A DNA stretch of 64,000 nucleotides from Octopus sinensis (GCF_006345805.1 NC_042998.1:10602001-10666000), one strand, 5' to 3'; positions 25,114-36,603 are shown, counted from the first letter of the stretch. Numbers and translations: made by a program. Notes: generated by a model not told the origin, from the sequence alone.

Positions 25114-25515
25114 ACTAGCAGTATCGCCCTGCGTTGCTCGGGTTTGTAAGGGAAATAACTATATAAGCATTTTTAGAGATGTAAAGTATAATAGCCATCT
25201 CAATATGGCTAACCACAAAGGGAGGGGGGGTGTTACTGTAGCTTTTTACGTTCTGAGATTTAATAATAAATTTTTAGAGAGTTACTTCCTTTATGTATGC
25301 CAAAAATGCATTAAAAATGTGAAAAATTGATGGTAATTTTTTTTTTAAATCGTAGACTCATCGTAGACGCGCGCTAATACCCAGAAGGGCTCGATATGAA
25401 TCACGACTATAAGATACCCGGTTTTGGTTAAACTGCACCGCAAAATGTGGGAGTAGTTAGGAATCTAAATCGTAGGAGACAGACAGCACACAACCTCACT
25501 TTTATATATAAAGAT
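25114..25515 (+). mobile_element. Helentron/DINE-like non-autonomous element
   Basis: Starts ACTAGCAGTATCGCCC.GCGTTGCTC and ends CTTTTATATATAAAGAT; related copies at 41687-41972 (-) and 57090-57480 (+); family assignment by terminal style only. Confidence 0.65.
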
Positions 25516-25529
25516 ATTTTTTTTTTACT

Positions 25530-25880
25530 TATTTCGGTCATTAGAATACGGCCATGCCGGGGTACCGCCTTGAGGAACTTAGTCGAACTAATTGACCCCA
25601 GTACTGATTCTATCGGGCTCTTTGTCGAATTGTTAAGCTACGGGGACGGAAACAGCACACGAACACAGGTTTTCAAGCAGCAGTGAGGGACAAACACGAG
25701 TACAAAGGCGCGCACGTTCACGCACACACATATGACGGGCTTCTTTCAGTTTCCGTCTACCAAATCCACTTACAAGGCTTTGGTCGATTCAGGGGTATAG
25801 TAGAGGCACGTGCCTAAGGTGCCACACAGTGGGAGCGAACTCGGAACTGTATAGCTGAGAAGCAGACTTCTTACCACATG
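25530..25880 (-). mobile_element. SINE family B (decayed)
   Basis: ttctttcagtttccgtctaccaaatccac core. Confidence 0.75.
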
Positions 25881-26239
25881 ATTTGACGCAACTGCATATC
25901 AAGTTGATGAGATTGTCTGCTCTTATTAATCATACAAAGTTGAAGCAATTATTTATGGAGCGGGGTTTATTCAGATCAGACCATTGAGTCGGTGTAGTGG
26001 AAAGTAAAGAATACTGAACTACACTTTCCTCTATGAGAACATGATATAGAGGAACATACACAGCTAGACTAACTATTTTTGTTGAAATATTGAAAGAACT
26101 CGGTACTGAATTCTATATAAAGTAGATTCTCGAAAACCAAATTGCTCATTTCATTTAAGTCTCTAATACTTTTAAGAAATTCTTGAACTACGCAGTAAAC
26201 ATAGTGTCCGTATGAAGACTGCATTACAGCGTAAGCTAA

Positions 26240-26411
26240 ACACACACACACGTACACATACACTCACACACACACGCAATCACAAACACACATACACACA
26301 CACTCACACACACACACTCACACACACGTACACACACTCACAAAGCACACACGCACTCACACACACGCACACACACGCACACACGCACACACACGCACAC
26401 ACACGCACACT

Positions 26412-26442
<31 letters not shown>

Positions 26443-26475
26443 ACTCACACACACACACACGCACACACACACTCA

Positions 26476-26507
<32 letters not shown>

Positions 26508-26520
26508 ACACACACACATT
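26240..26520. repeat. Compound (CA)n tract
   Basis: Direct reading. Confidence 0.95.
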
Positions 26521-26585
26521 AAAATGAATATCAATTTATCCGCGATATAACGTAATATTTCTTTTACTATTAATATTCATACTTA

Positions 26586-26790
26586 AGGCGGGAAGCTGGC
26601 AGAATCGTTAGCACACCGGGCAAAATGCTTAGCAGCGTTTCGTCTGTCTTTACGTTCTGAGTTCAAATTCCGCCGACTTTGATTTCCTTTCGGGTTCAAT
26701 GATATAGGTACCAGTTGAGGACTGGGGTTGATGTAATCGACTTATCTCTTCCCTCGGAATTGCTGACCTTGTGCCAAAATTTGAAATAAT
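26586..26790 (+). mobile_element. SINE family A (decayed)
   Basis: agctggcagaatcgttagcacaccgggcaaaatgcttagc head. Confidence 0.8.
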
Positions 26791-27076
26791 TTATATTCGT
26801 ATATTTTACGTGTATATTTATGCATGCTAGAACACATTACTGTCAGTCTTCTTCTAAAGAATCTTTGTAGGTAGGGATGTGTGTGTATATATATATGTAT
26901 ATATATATATATATATATAAGGCTGGCCAGGTTGGAGCAATCTCAAGATTAATCAGCCGAAATTGCGAGGATGATCCGGTTCTTGATTGAAGATTGAAGG
27001 CTTCGAATGTCCCGTCCGTGTTTTTTGTATCGTCTTCTAAATGTTTTGCGTTCTTGTCCCAGTTTGTATTTTTTAC

Positions 27077-27125
<49 letters not shown>

Positions 27126-27341
27126 ATAATAAGGTAGAATCTTGGATGATTATATATATATTTTTATTTATTTGCATAAAAGGGCCAAGGAATCTAAATT
27201 CGAGTCATTTTTTGATAAATTCGATAACGGAAGAAAGTGCTGAAAATGTGAATAAGATGTAAATAAATAAAAAAATATATATAATCATCCAGCATTCTGA
27301 CTACCTTATTATTCTAAATATACAATATCTGTTCATCACTT

Positions 27342-27445
<104 letters not shown>

Positions 27446-27569
27446 ATTATATAGAAGGAGCTTCTACAGGACTAGAACTGTTTCATTCAAGAGAAATCTT
27501 CAGGAAATATATATATATATATATAAATATATATATAAATATATAATATATATATATATATACATACAT

Positions 27570-27602
<33 letters not shown>

Positions 27603-27661
27603 TATATATATATCTATATATATAATATATACATACATATATATATATATATAAATATATT

Positions 27662-27702
<41 letters not shown>

Positions 27703-27815
27703 GTAGTAACAGAAAAGAGGAATTTCGGTTGTCTCCACGTGGTGGATTGTAATGTATATAAGAAAAATAAAAACGGAAAATACGCACACTTACATGGTTA
27801 TAGTATAATTTTTAA

Positions 27816-27852
27816 TGTATCGACCGGTTTCGCAATCGCTATTCATGATACA
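27816..27852 (-). ncRNA. Minimal type I hammerhead ribozyme, non-canonical A3-U8 core
   Basis: tgtatc ATGAATA gc-gatt-gc GAAA CCGG TC gataca: 6-bp stem I, palindromic stem III ACCGGT, GUC site. Confidence 0.62.
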
Positions 27853-28067
27853 ATGTTTAATTTATACGAAAATATATTTTTTCTTAAGAAGAAAATGGGT
27901 CCATGTTGTTTATAATGAGATTCACGAGTGAATGATTTTACAAGTTGACCAATTGCCTCCCTTTACTTGTCAAATTGTAAAATCATTCACTCGTGAATCT
28001 CATTATAAACAACATGGACCCATTTTCTCCTTAAGAAAAAATATATTTTCATATAAATTAAACATTG

Positions 28068-28100
28068 TATCATGAATAGCGATTGCGAAACCGGTCGATA
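28068..28100 (+). ncRNA. Second copy of the A3-U8 hammerhead variant
   Basis: tatc ATGAATA gc-gatt-gc GAAA CCGG TC gata; stem I shortened to 4 bp. Confidence 0.55.
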
Positions 28101-28170
28101 ATTAAAAATTATACTATAACCATGTAAGTGTGCGTATTTTCCGTTTTTATTTTTCTCATATATATATATA

Positions 28171-28327
28171 TATAATTGTTAAAGAGGACAACAAACATTA
28201 AAGCAAGGCAAACGTCTCAATCGTATACAATATCATTTTTGGGAAAAATATTTTCCAATAATTATATTGTATACGACTTGAGATGTTTGCCTTGTCTTAA
28301 CGTTTGTTGTCCTCTTTAATAATTATA
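28171..28327. repeat. Imperfect palindrome; same family as 57484-57620
   Basis: taattgttaaagaggacaa...ttgtcctctttaataatta. Confidence 0.8.
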
Positions 28328-28696
28328 GATCCGCTGCATCAGAAATCTGCAATGGCTCCATAACTACCGTCTTATCTATAACATTGGAGCCCTAGTAATC
28401 CGTTACAGCACTTACCTAGCGTACCTAATCGTTTAGATCACCTGTGAAATAAACCCCCATACTTTGTGTATATATATATATTTATCAAACCAAGGCATCA
28501 ACGTTTGATATGAACGACTTGAAGGTGGCGCTGGAGCGAGGCTACAGCTTAATGGCTGAAACTGGTAAGTATAAAAAGGGGCAAAATATGAGAAATGTCT
28601 ATATATATATGTGTGTGTGTATGTGTGTGTGTGTATGCATGTGTATAGGTCTTTCTTTCTATCTCTCTCTCATACATACATACACACACATACATA

Positions 28697-28745
<49 letters not shown>

Positions 28746-28804
28746 GTATGTATGATTGTATGTATGTATGTATGTATATATATATATATGTATATATGTG
28801 TGTG

Positions 28805-29010
28805 TGTTTGTGTGTGTGTGTTTGTCCCCCTAGCATTGCTTGACAACCGATGCTGGTGTGTTTACGTCCCCGTCACTTAGCGGTTCGGCAAAAGAGACCG
28901 ATAGAATAAGTACTGGGCTTACAAAGAATAAGTCCCGGGGTCGATTTGCTCGACTAAAGGCGGTGCTCCAGCATGGCCGCAGTCAAATGACTGAAACAAG
29001 TAAAAGAGTA
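28805..29010 (+). mobile_element. 3' half of SINE family B
   Basis: gtccccctagcattgcttgacaaccgatgctgg..gtaaaagagt. Confidence 0.88.
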
Positions 29011-29459
29011 TATATATATTAAGGGCATTAATATTATTATGGTAGTTTTGACTTTAAGAGATCCTCATAGTGTGAGGCGTTTATGTGTGTTAATGCCCTT
29101 AATATAAATAATATATATTTAAAGGGAATAATTATAATTTTTCTCTTATGAGGTTTTTCAGCTTTTGCCTTTTATTTGCTACTATCTTTTACATAAATAT
29201 ATAAGGGAAAAGAATAATTTATAGTAAAGTACATAATTTGATCTAAATTATTTCGCGATTTATTTTTTTCTTATAGATGTTTAAATTTTATTTCAATAAT
29301 TTCTGTGTTTCCATGTTTCTTGGAAATAATTACAAAAACACCGGTGAGGACGTAGTCTCCTATTTGTATAACATCTATTCGTGGAGTTAGGGTTTCTACG
29401 AGTGACAATATTCAAGCTCTGTTTGTGTTGTTCAGCCCAGGTCAGCCTTCTTCAGCAAA

Positions 29460-29700
29460 GACACTCGACCTGTTGGTTAAGTCCTTTGGCCTATGATTGT
29501 AAGGTCGTGGGTTCGACTCCCGGACTGGGAGTCGGGTTTTGCCCTCGAGCGAGTTATTTCATTTCATGTTGTTCCAGTCTGTTCAGCTGCACTGGGTACC
29601 AGCCGAGTGCTAGTGCAATTCTTTCTCTCTTCAGTTAAAGGGGACGAGAGGGTGTCTGTTCTTGTTCACGACTACATAGGCACCTAAAACAATTAGCAAA
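29460..29700 (+). mobile_element. Decayed tRNA-derived SINE
   Basis: tggttaag A-box-like and GGTTCGACTCC B-box at about 29510-29520; cannot be folded into a full cloverleaf. Confidence 0.55.
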
Positions 29701-31149
29701 ACCGTGGTATATGTTACCAAGTCATATTCGTTCGCAAGTAACGACTGACTTTATTTTGTACATCACTTATCTAGCAAACTTGCGAACAAAAGCATTCCAG
29801 CCGTAAACCATCATAATATAAGGGATCGAGGACCACATTACCCAACATGTTCTTCCTTAAAGCGGCAAGGTGTAATCAAAGGGAGACTTGACTGTTATTT
29901 CTAGCATTTTGAACACCTACGCAGATACCCGCTTATTGGATCACACCACGTCTGTGGTTCACTGTAAGCTGAAGCTTAAATGCAGAAAGCGGAATTGTTT
30001 TGATGGAGAACGGATCGTTCCAAAACACAAATTTCCCTCAAATCACATCATACAACTTTGGATATGAACACGTTGAGTAATATGTTTGTAGTGGATCTTG
30101 CAAGCATGAAGTGGATTCGATCCACCATAGCCAAATTTAAATCACCACTGCAACAAAACTTTTCCCACGGTGGAACAATGGTTTTTCTCTGACAGCAGTT
30201 TTACATTCTCCAGATGCCTTTAGCTAGGCTGAAATAATGTCTTCACCACTTGACCCTTTCTAACCTCTTCTACTTCACCAAAAGCTAGAATAGAGATAAC
30301 ATGATCACCAACTAAATCTATTGTTCTTAATGATATGTCTATCCTTCTGGATAGTTATAAAAAGCAAGAACACCCCAAGCAAAAATCAGTCAGTCACAGT
30401 CGGTGATGACTCAACGAGTCCAGTCACATAGTGACGACTCAACCAAGTAGTCACTCCGGTGACAACGAAGTTTGGCTGACCAGCTAGAACCTTGGTCAGA
30501 GGGAGCAATGAAGTTTACTGTCAGCAACTGTGAGACAACGTCCCACACCCTACAACTCTCACTAGCTCTAATTCTATTCTCTTACATCATTCTATCTCTC
30601 TCTCTCTGTAATTACTACTAAACAATGAAGAAGGCACAAACGCAAACTTCACTTCGCATACTTTTGGATTTATCATAACCTGTTCGTCGAGGCAAGGTAT
30701 TGTAACGTAACGGTAAATAAATATTTCCTTAAAACTTCATGTATTGTTTATCTTTCACATCCTACAGTGTGCAATTATAACAACGAATTTTTATCGTTAC
30801 AACTGTTGACTCCGACATGTTATAATAATGTTTACAAATCAATTTTACCCGCAACATGTTCTTGGGTCTGCACATAAGAAAAAACAGTACAGTTACGACT
30901 GGAATGATTTTGATCATAGGTTTGCTTAATAAGGGCCGTACAAAAATTTTGTCAGTATGTGGTAGTTCATAACAACCAAAGCTCTTTTCCAATATAACGT
31001 TCGTAATATCACAATTACAATTTAAACCCAAGCTGCATTTTTAGCACAAAAGTACCAACTGGATTAAAATTTTTAAAAGTGTTAAACCAGAAGAATTTAA
31101 ATATATAAAAAAAAAATGTTTCAGATGCAATTTAAATCTTAGTAGCTGA

Positions 31150-31412
31150 CTTGACACCACACAACCCAAATATAAAAATAGCTCTTGTCTCTTTCGTTAC
31201 TGTATTTATTTTGAGATGCTCTCTGTTTCCTTCAATTATTTTAAATATAACAAAGAATTTAGTAAAAGAACTTAGTTATCATTAAGCTAGTGTTAGGAAC
31301 ATAAATTGTGACTAAGGTTTGGTGGAAGATTTTAATTCAAAACTTATGAAAACATGATATTTGTACTCAGAGCCAGAGCCGGTTTCAGCCGGTTTGGTAA
31401 TGAAAGGGTTAA
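31150..31412. mobile_element. piggyBac-like MITE remnant (one end)
   Basis: Ends in AAAGGG followed by TTAA; the opposite TIR is not found. Confidence 0.45.
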
Positions 31413-32023
31413 GTAAATACTTTTATTTCATTTTTGCCTAAGTAAACTTTCTTCTTTTCATCAATGTCTTCTTGACAGGTAGCTTACTTAGTCTAGATAC
31501 GACTCCTAAAACTACCTGTCATCACCACTATTCGTTACTGGGAGGCCATTGAAATATTCAATCCCATTTATACATCACCACAAATGTTTGACAGTTGCTG
31601 ACCTAGAATTTCTTTAATTCCTCCATTCCTTCTCCCATCGTTTTTTCTTACCGACACTGAAAAATAAATTTAAATATAAATCCTAATTTTATTTACCAAG
31701 AATATTAAATTCACATTTTGTAATAATAAAATAATAATGAAATGTGTATGTGTCTGTGTGTCTCTTTGTTTTTTATTACTTATGTCTTACGATCGTACGA
31801 TCGATAAGAGGAGATCAGGTTGCATATTTTCAAGAACTCTCATTAAAAGTCAGTTAACAGCATGAGGATTGAGGACCACATTAACCATCGTGTTCTTTCC
31901 TAAGGCGGCAAGGTGTAATTAAAGGGAGCCTTGACTGCTATTTCTAGCATTTTGAACACCTGCGTAGATACCCGCTTATTGGATCAAACCAGTTCTGTGC
32001 TTCACTGTAAGGTGACACTTAAA

Positions 32024-32059
<36 letters not shown>

Positions 32060-32064
<5 letters not shown>

Positions 32065-34440
32065 ATAAATATTAGGGAATAAATCCAAATTACAGGGAAA
32101 AAATCAGATTTAGGATTAAATCCAATTTTATAGTAAAATATTATAAAATATTATTAGAGACAAAACCACTATTTTGCAAAACAAAAAAGGAAAGACTTAA
32201 TCAATACATAAAATTTTAATAAATAGTCAAAAAAAAACCGCCACTACAATTGTTCTTGTCTTGATCGACAATCTTCAGGTGGACTTCCAATCTAAAATAT
32301 CAATATTTTAAAATATAAAAATAATAATTTTAAAATAATTAAAGTATGAATGAAAAAATGTAAATATATAATCCATATATAACCTATATATAATCCATAT
32401 ATAATCAATATATAAACAATATATAAACTAAAATAAACCTATCAACAATTAAATATAAAATATAAAATATAAAATATAAAACAAAACAAAAAAATAATAA
32501 TAATATAATAATAAACTATATATACACCCATACACATATACCTAATTATATATAACCATATCTAACTACATACACTAAATCACACACCTATATATATATA
32601 TCCCTATACATACACATAAAAACGTCTAGGCAACTATAAATAAATAAAATAGCTAAATACTTCAACACAATACTTATTCATACTCCCACACACACACACA
32701 TACAACCCACATTCACGCTCTAGAAAACGGACATCACTTAAAATTATGAACGGAGAAATGGAATAAATGGAATTAAAAATTATATTCACTTGGTAAAACT
32801 AACACTACTTAAAAATTATGAATGAAACAATGCAATAAAACAACAGACATCGCAAATAGACACAAATTACTACGAATTCCTTAACAAACCTACCATGATA
32901 AACCAAAACTCATAAAAAACATATATGATAAAATCTCCCTTTACTAAACTCTATAACATACCTATATAGCAATCCCCCTAACCTAAACATTCACACACAA
33001 ATACACACACGTAAACCACACACCACGACATATACAAATACCCACACCACTTACACATACCTATACATACATATAAACCTCAACATATACTCCAAAAACC
33101 CACTCAACCCCACACAGACAAATAAACACAAAAATTATGAATGGATTCTTTATTAAAACTACCATGATAAGCTAAAACTCACAAAACATAAATGATAAAA
33201 CCTCCCTTACTAAACACTATAACATACTTATATAGGAATCCCTTTAACCTATACATTCACACACAAATACACACACGTAACCACACACCATAACAAATAC
33301 AAACACCCACCCCACTCACACACACCCACAAGTACATATACGCTCAACATATACACCAAACAAAATTACTTTACCAAGGAACTTAACATATGTATAAAAA
33401 GTATAACCGCTCTGGAAACGAACATCTTTTAAAATAATGAATGGAGAAATGGAATAAATGGAATTAAAAATAATATTCACGTGGCAAAACGAACACCACT
33501 CAAAAATTATGAATGAAACAATGTAATAAAACAACCAACATCGAAAATAGACAAATTACCACGAATTCCCTAAAAAAACCATGATAAACCAAAACTCTTA
33601 AAAACATATAACGATAAAATCTCCCTTTGCTAAACTCTATAACAAACCTATATAGCAATCCCCCTAACCTAAACATTCACACACAAAAAACACACACGTA
33701 AACCACAGACCCACGACTTATACACATACCTATACTAACTTATAAACCTCAATATACACCAAAAACCACTCCCCCCCCACACAGACAAATTAACACATAC
33801 ATCCCAAAACCTAAATAACAAACCCATATACACATTCACACAACAAACACACACACACGCAAAACACACACACAACAGATACATACACTCCCTCACATAT
33901 ACGCATATACATACTCACTAAACTCGATATATACAACAATATTTACACACCCACACTCATACAGATAAATAAATTATACAACTAAAAACTCACACACAAT
34001 CTCATATACATAAACACTCCAATAAAAAACAACATTAAATACATCGTAATTAACCAGAATATCAAAAATAACAATATGACATAAGGAGAAATAAAATACA
34101 TACTTACAAGTCAGTTTCAAATTATGAAGTGAAATTAAATTCTTAGCCGTTAAAAAAATCAAACCAAAATTACGTTACCATAGAAATATAACTTATGTAA
34201 AAAAAAAAAGAATACGCGCCATGGAAAGTAAACGTCATTTAAAATTATGAATGGAGAAATAGAATAAATGGAACTAAAAACTATATCCACGTGGCAAATC
34301 AACACTACTTAAAAAAAATTTATTATGAATGGATTCTTTAATAAAACTACCATAATAAATTATTATATACAATTATGAGCTTTAGCTCATCTTAGCAGCT
34401 CTAACAAACAACTTGCAGTAACCCAAATCTATTCTCGATG
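32060..34440 (-). mobile_element. Penelope pseudo-LTR-like decayed tandem region
   Basis: Strong A/C strand skew; diverged direct repeats (32720-33130, 33135-33310, 33410-33790, 34220-34360); decayed HHR at 32241-32282. Confidence 0.5.
32241..32282 (-). ncRNA. Decayed type I hammerhead (one A missing from GAAA)
   Basis: ccac CTGAAGA ttgtc-gatcaa-gacaa GAA CAATTG TA gtgg. Confidence 0.6.
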
Positions 34441-34480
34441 CCTGCCTTACTACTACACTATTCCATTCCCAATTATATAT

Positions 34481-34527
<47 letters not shown>

Positions 34528-34533
<6 letters not shown>

Positions 34534-34922
34534 GCTGTGTGGTAAGTAGCTTGCTTACGAACCACATTGTTCCGGGTTCAGTCCCACTGCGTGGCACCTT
34601 GGGCAAGTGTCTTCTGCTATAGCCTCGGGCTGACCAAAGCTTTTTGAGTGGATTTGGAAGACGGAAACTCAAAGAAGCCCGTCGTATATATGTATATATA
34701 TATATATATGTGTGTGTTTGTTTGTGTGTCTGTGTTTGTCCCCTCCAACATCGCTTGACAACCGATGCTGGTGTGTTTACGTCCCCGTAACTTAGCGGTT
34801 CGGCAAAAGAGACCGATGGAATAACTACTAGTCTTACAAAGAATAAGTCCTGTAGTCGATTTGCTCGACTAAAGGCGGTGCTCCAGCATGGCCACAGTCA
34901 AATGACTGAAACAAGTAAAAGA
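34528..34922 (+). mobile_element. SINE family B
   Basis: Full two-part match. Confidence 0.9.
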
Positions 34923-35179
34923 TTAATATATATACACGTAAAATATATAGGATGACGAATATATTTAGAAATTTCACTACCAGTGGCCTAACACGTATAA
35001 AAAGTCAATAGACAACATATTCTCAATATAAAATAGTGTACATTTAAACACAAGAGAAAACTACCATTAACAGGTAATTTTTACACGCTAGAAGAAGCAG
35101 TCAAAACGACCAAAACCACATTTGAGGGCAATTTTCGAAGGGAATGAAAAATAAAAACTTTTACCTTGTGATTTTTTTT

Positions 35180-35252
35180 ACCGTTATACCCAGGTTTCAG
35201 ATTTCTTCAGCAAATAAAATAATTTGCTAGGTGAATCCTCATCAGTAACCGT
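35180..35252 (-). ncRNA. Type I hammerhead ribozyme with extended stem II
   Basis: acggtta CTGATGA ggatt..agcaaat/atttgct..aatct GAAA CC-TG-GG TA taacggt; intact core, GUA site. Confidence 0.72.
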
Positions 35253-35680
35253 GCCATAAAAATTAACATATAATTTAGAGATGAATAAGACGTGTCTCAT
35301 CATTATATGTTATGCGTTGTGCTGGGTGGAGGTGCTAACCTCCTCTGTTCAAAAATATGACAGAGATCGTGTGTCGTATAGCCAGCTGGAGACGATGTCT
35401 CCTGGGGCTAAACAACTGTAGCATTCGGCCAAAAATGTGACTGTCACGTGTGGTTGGCAAAAAAGACATTACTTTATATATATATATATTATATATATAT
35501 ATATATATTATAAGCGGGACCAGCCATCTGAATGTGGCTAAGGACAGGGCGGGGTGGTGGGGGTGTTACTGATGCATTTAGCCCCTGGCGACTATAGACG
35601 TCACCAGGAGAGCCGACACCATCACGGTGTCCTTGCTAGCCTGTAAAGGGAGATCAGCCTCCCCGAAGATACGGATGCTA

Positions 35681-35723
35681 CACACGGACCGGTTTCGAGG
35701 TGGTCGCCTCTCGTCAGCGCATG
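35681..35723 (-). ncRNA. Canonical minimal type I hammerhead ribozyme (downstream copy)
   Basis: catgcg CTGACGA gagg-cgacca-cctc GAAA CCGG TC cgtgtg; predicted cleavage 3' of C35687. Confidence 0.9.
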
Positions 35724-36034
35724 GCAAGCACCGTTCTTCGTTGAGGACTTCCTCCACAGGCTAGAATATATAGATTTTCACTGTAAACACAGTCACTGGC
35801 GTCGAAAATCTGTTCGATAACATAAATCTCTAAGCGAGGTATAAACAGTAACTGCTCTGTAATATAAGCGGGACCAGCCATCTGAATGTGGCTAGGGACA
35901 GGGCGGGGTGGTGGGGGTGTTACTGATGCATTTAGCCCCAGGCGACTATAGACGTCACCAGGAGAGCCGACACCATCACGGTGTCCTTGCTAGCCTGTAA
36001 AGGGAGATCAGCCTCCCCGAAGATACGGATGCTA

Positions 36035-36077
36035 CACACGGACCGGTTTCGAGGTGGTCGCCTCTCGTCAGCGCATG
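36035..36077 (-). ncRNA. Canonical minimal type I hammerhead ribozyme (upstream copy)
   Basis: Identical to 35681-35723; predicted cleavage 3' of C36041. Confidence 0.9.
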
Positions 36078-36553
36078 GCAAGCACCGTTTTTCGACGCCA
36101 GGAGACAGACAAGAACACGTCCACCTTGATCCAAATACAACGGAAAGAAACACAAGGTAGGAGGAGAAAGATGGTCGATGGTCACGTGGGAGCCACGTAA
36201 GCAAGGGAGGAAGAGTGAGAGAGAGAGTGACAGAGAAATTTGAAGAGAAGAAGAAAAAATTGGAGATAGGATAAGTAAGAAAAGAAAACAGGAGGGGGAG
36301 AAGGGGAGGTAGAAGAATAAGAGAGAAAGAAACCAAAGAGTAACAGGATAGAATAATGGGAGAAGAGGAGGTAAAAGAATAAGAGAGAGAAAGAGAGAAA
36401 CACGAAAGTGTAAAAAGACAGTAGAGTGCGCATCAGAATTATTAAGATAGAACTTACGCAGAAGAGTATGCGTAGTGTTCAATATAATAATATAAATAAT
36501 AATATATATGTGTGTGTGTACATACATCCATATATATATATATATATATAATA

Positions 36554-36603
<50 letters not shown>

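Larger units (their letters stand above)
27761..28156. repeat. Near-perfect foldback palindrome (about 188-bp arms, 19-nt loop) with one HHR-like motif per arm
   Basis: 27761-27949 is the reverse complement of 27969-28156, with few mismatches. Confidence 0.93.
35509..36094 (-). mobile_element. Tandem hammerhead repeat (retrozyme/PLE pLTR-like): two 232-bp direct repeats, period 354 bp
   Basis: 35509-35740 versus 35863-36094, three substitutions by eye; each copy holds one HHR. Confidence 0.85.

Noticed and set aside
30762-31031. 89-aa minus-strand ORF
   Set aside because: Non-ATG start, no recognisable motif, length compatible with chance
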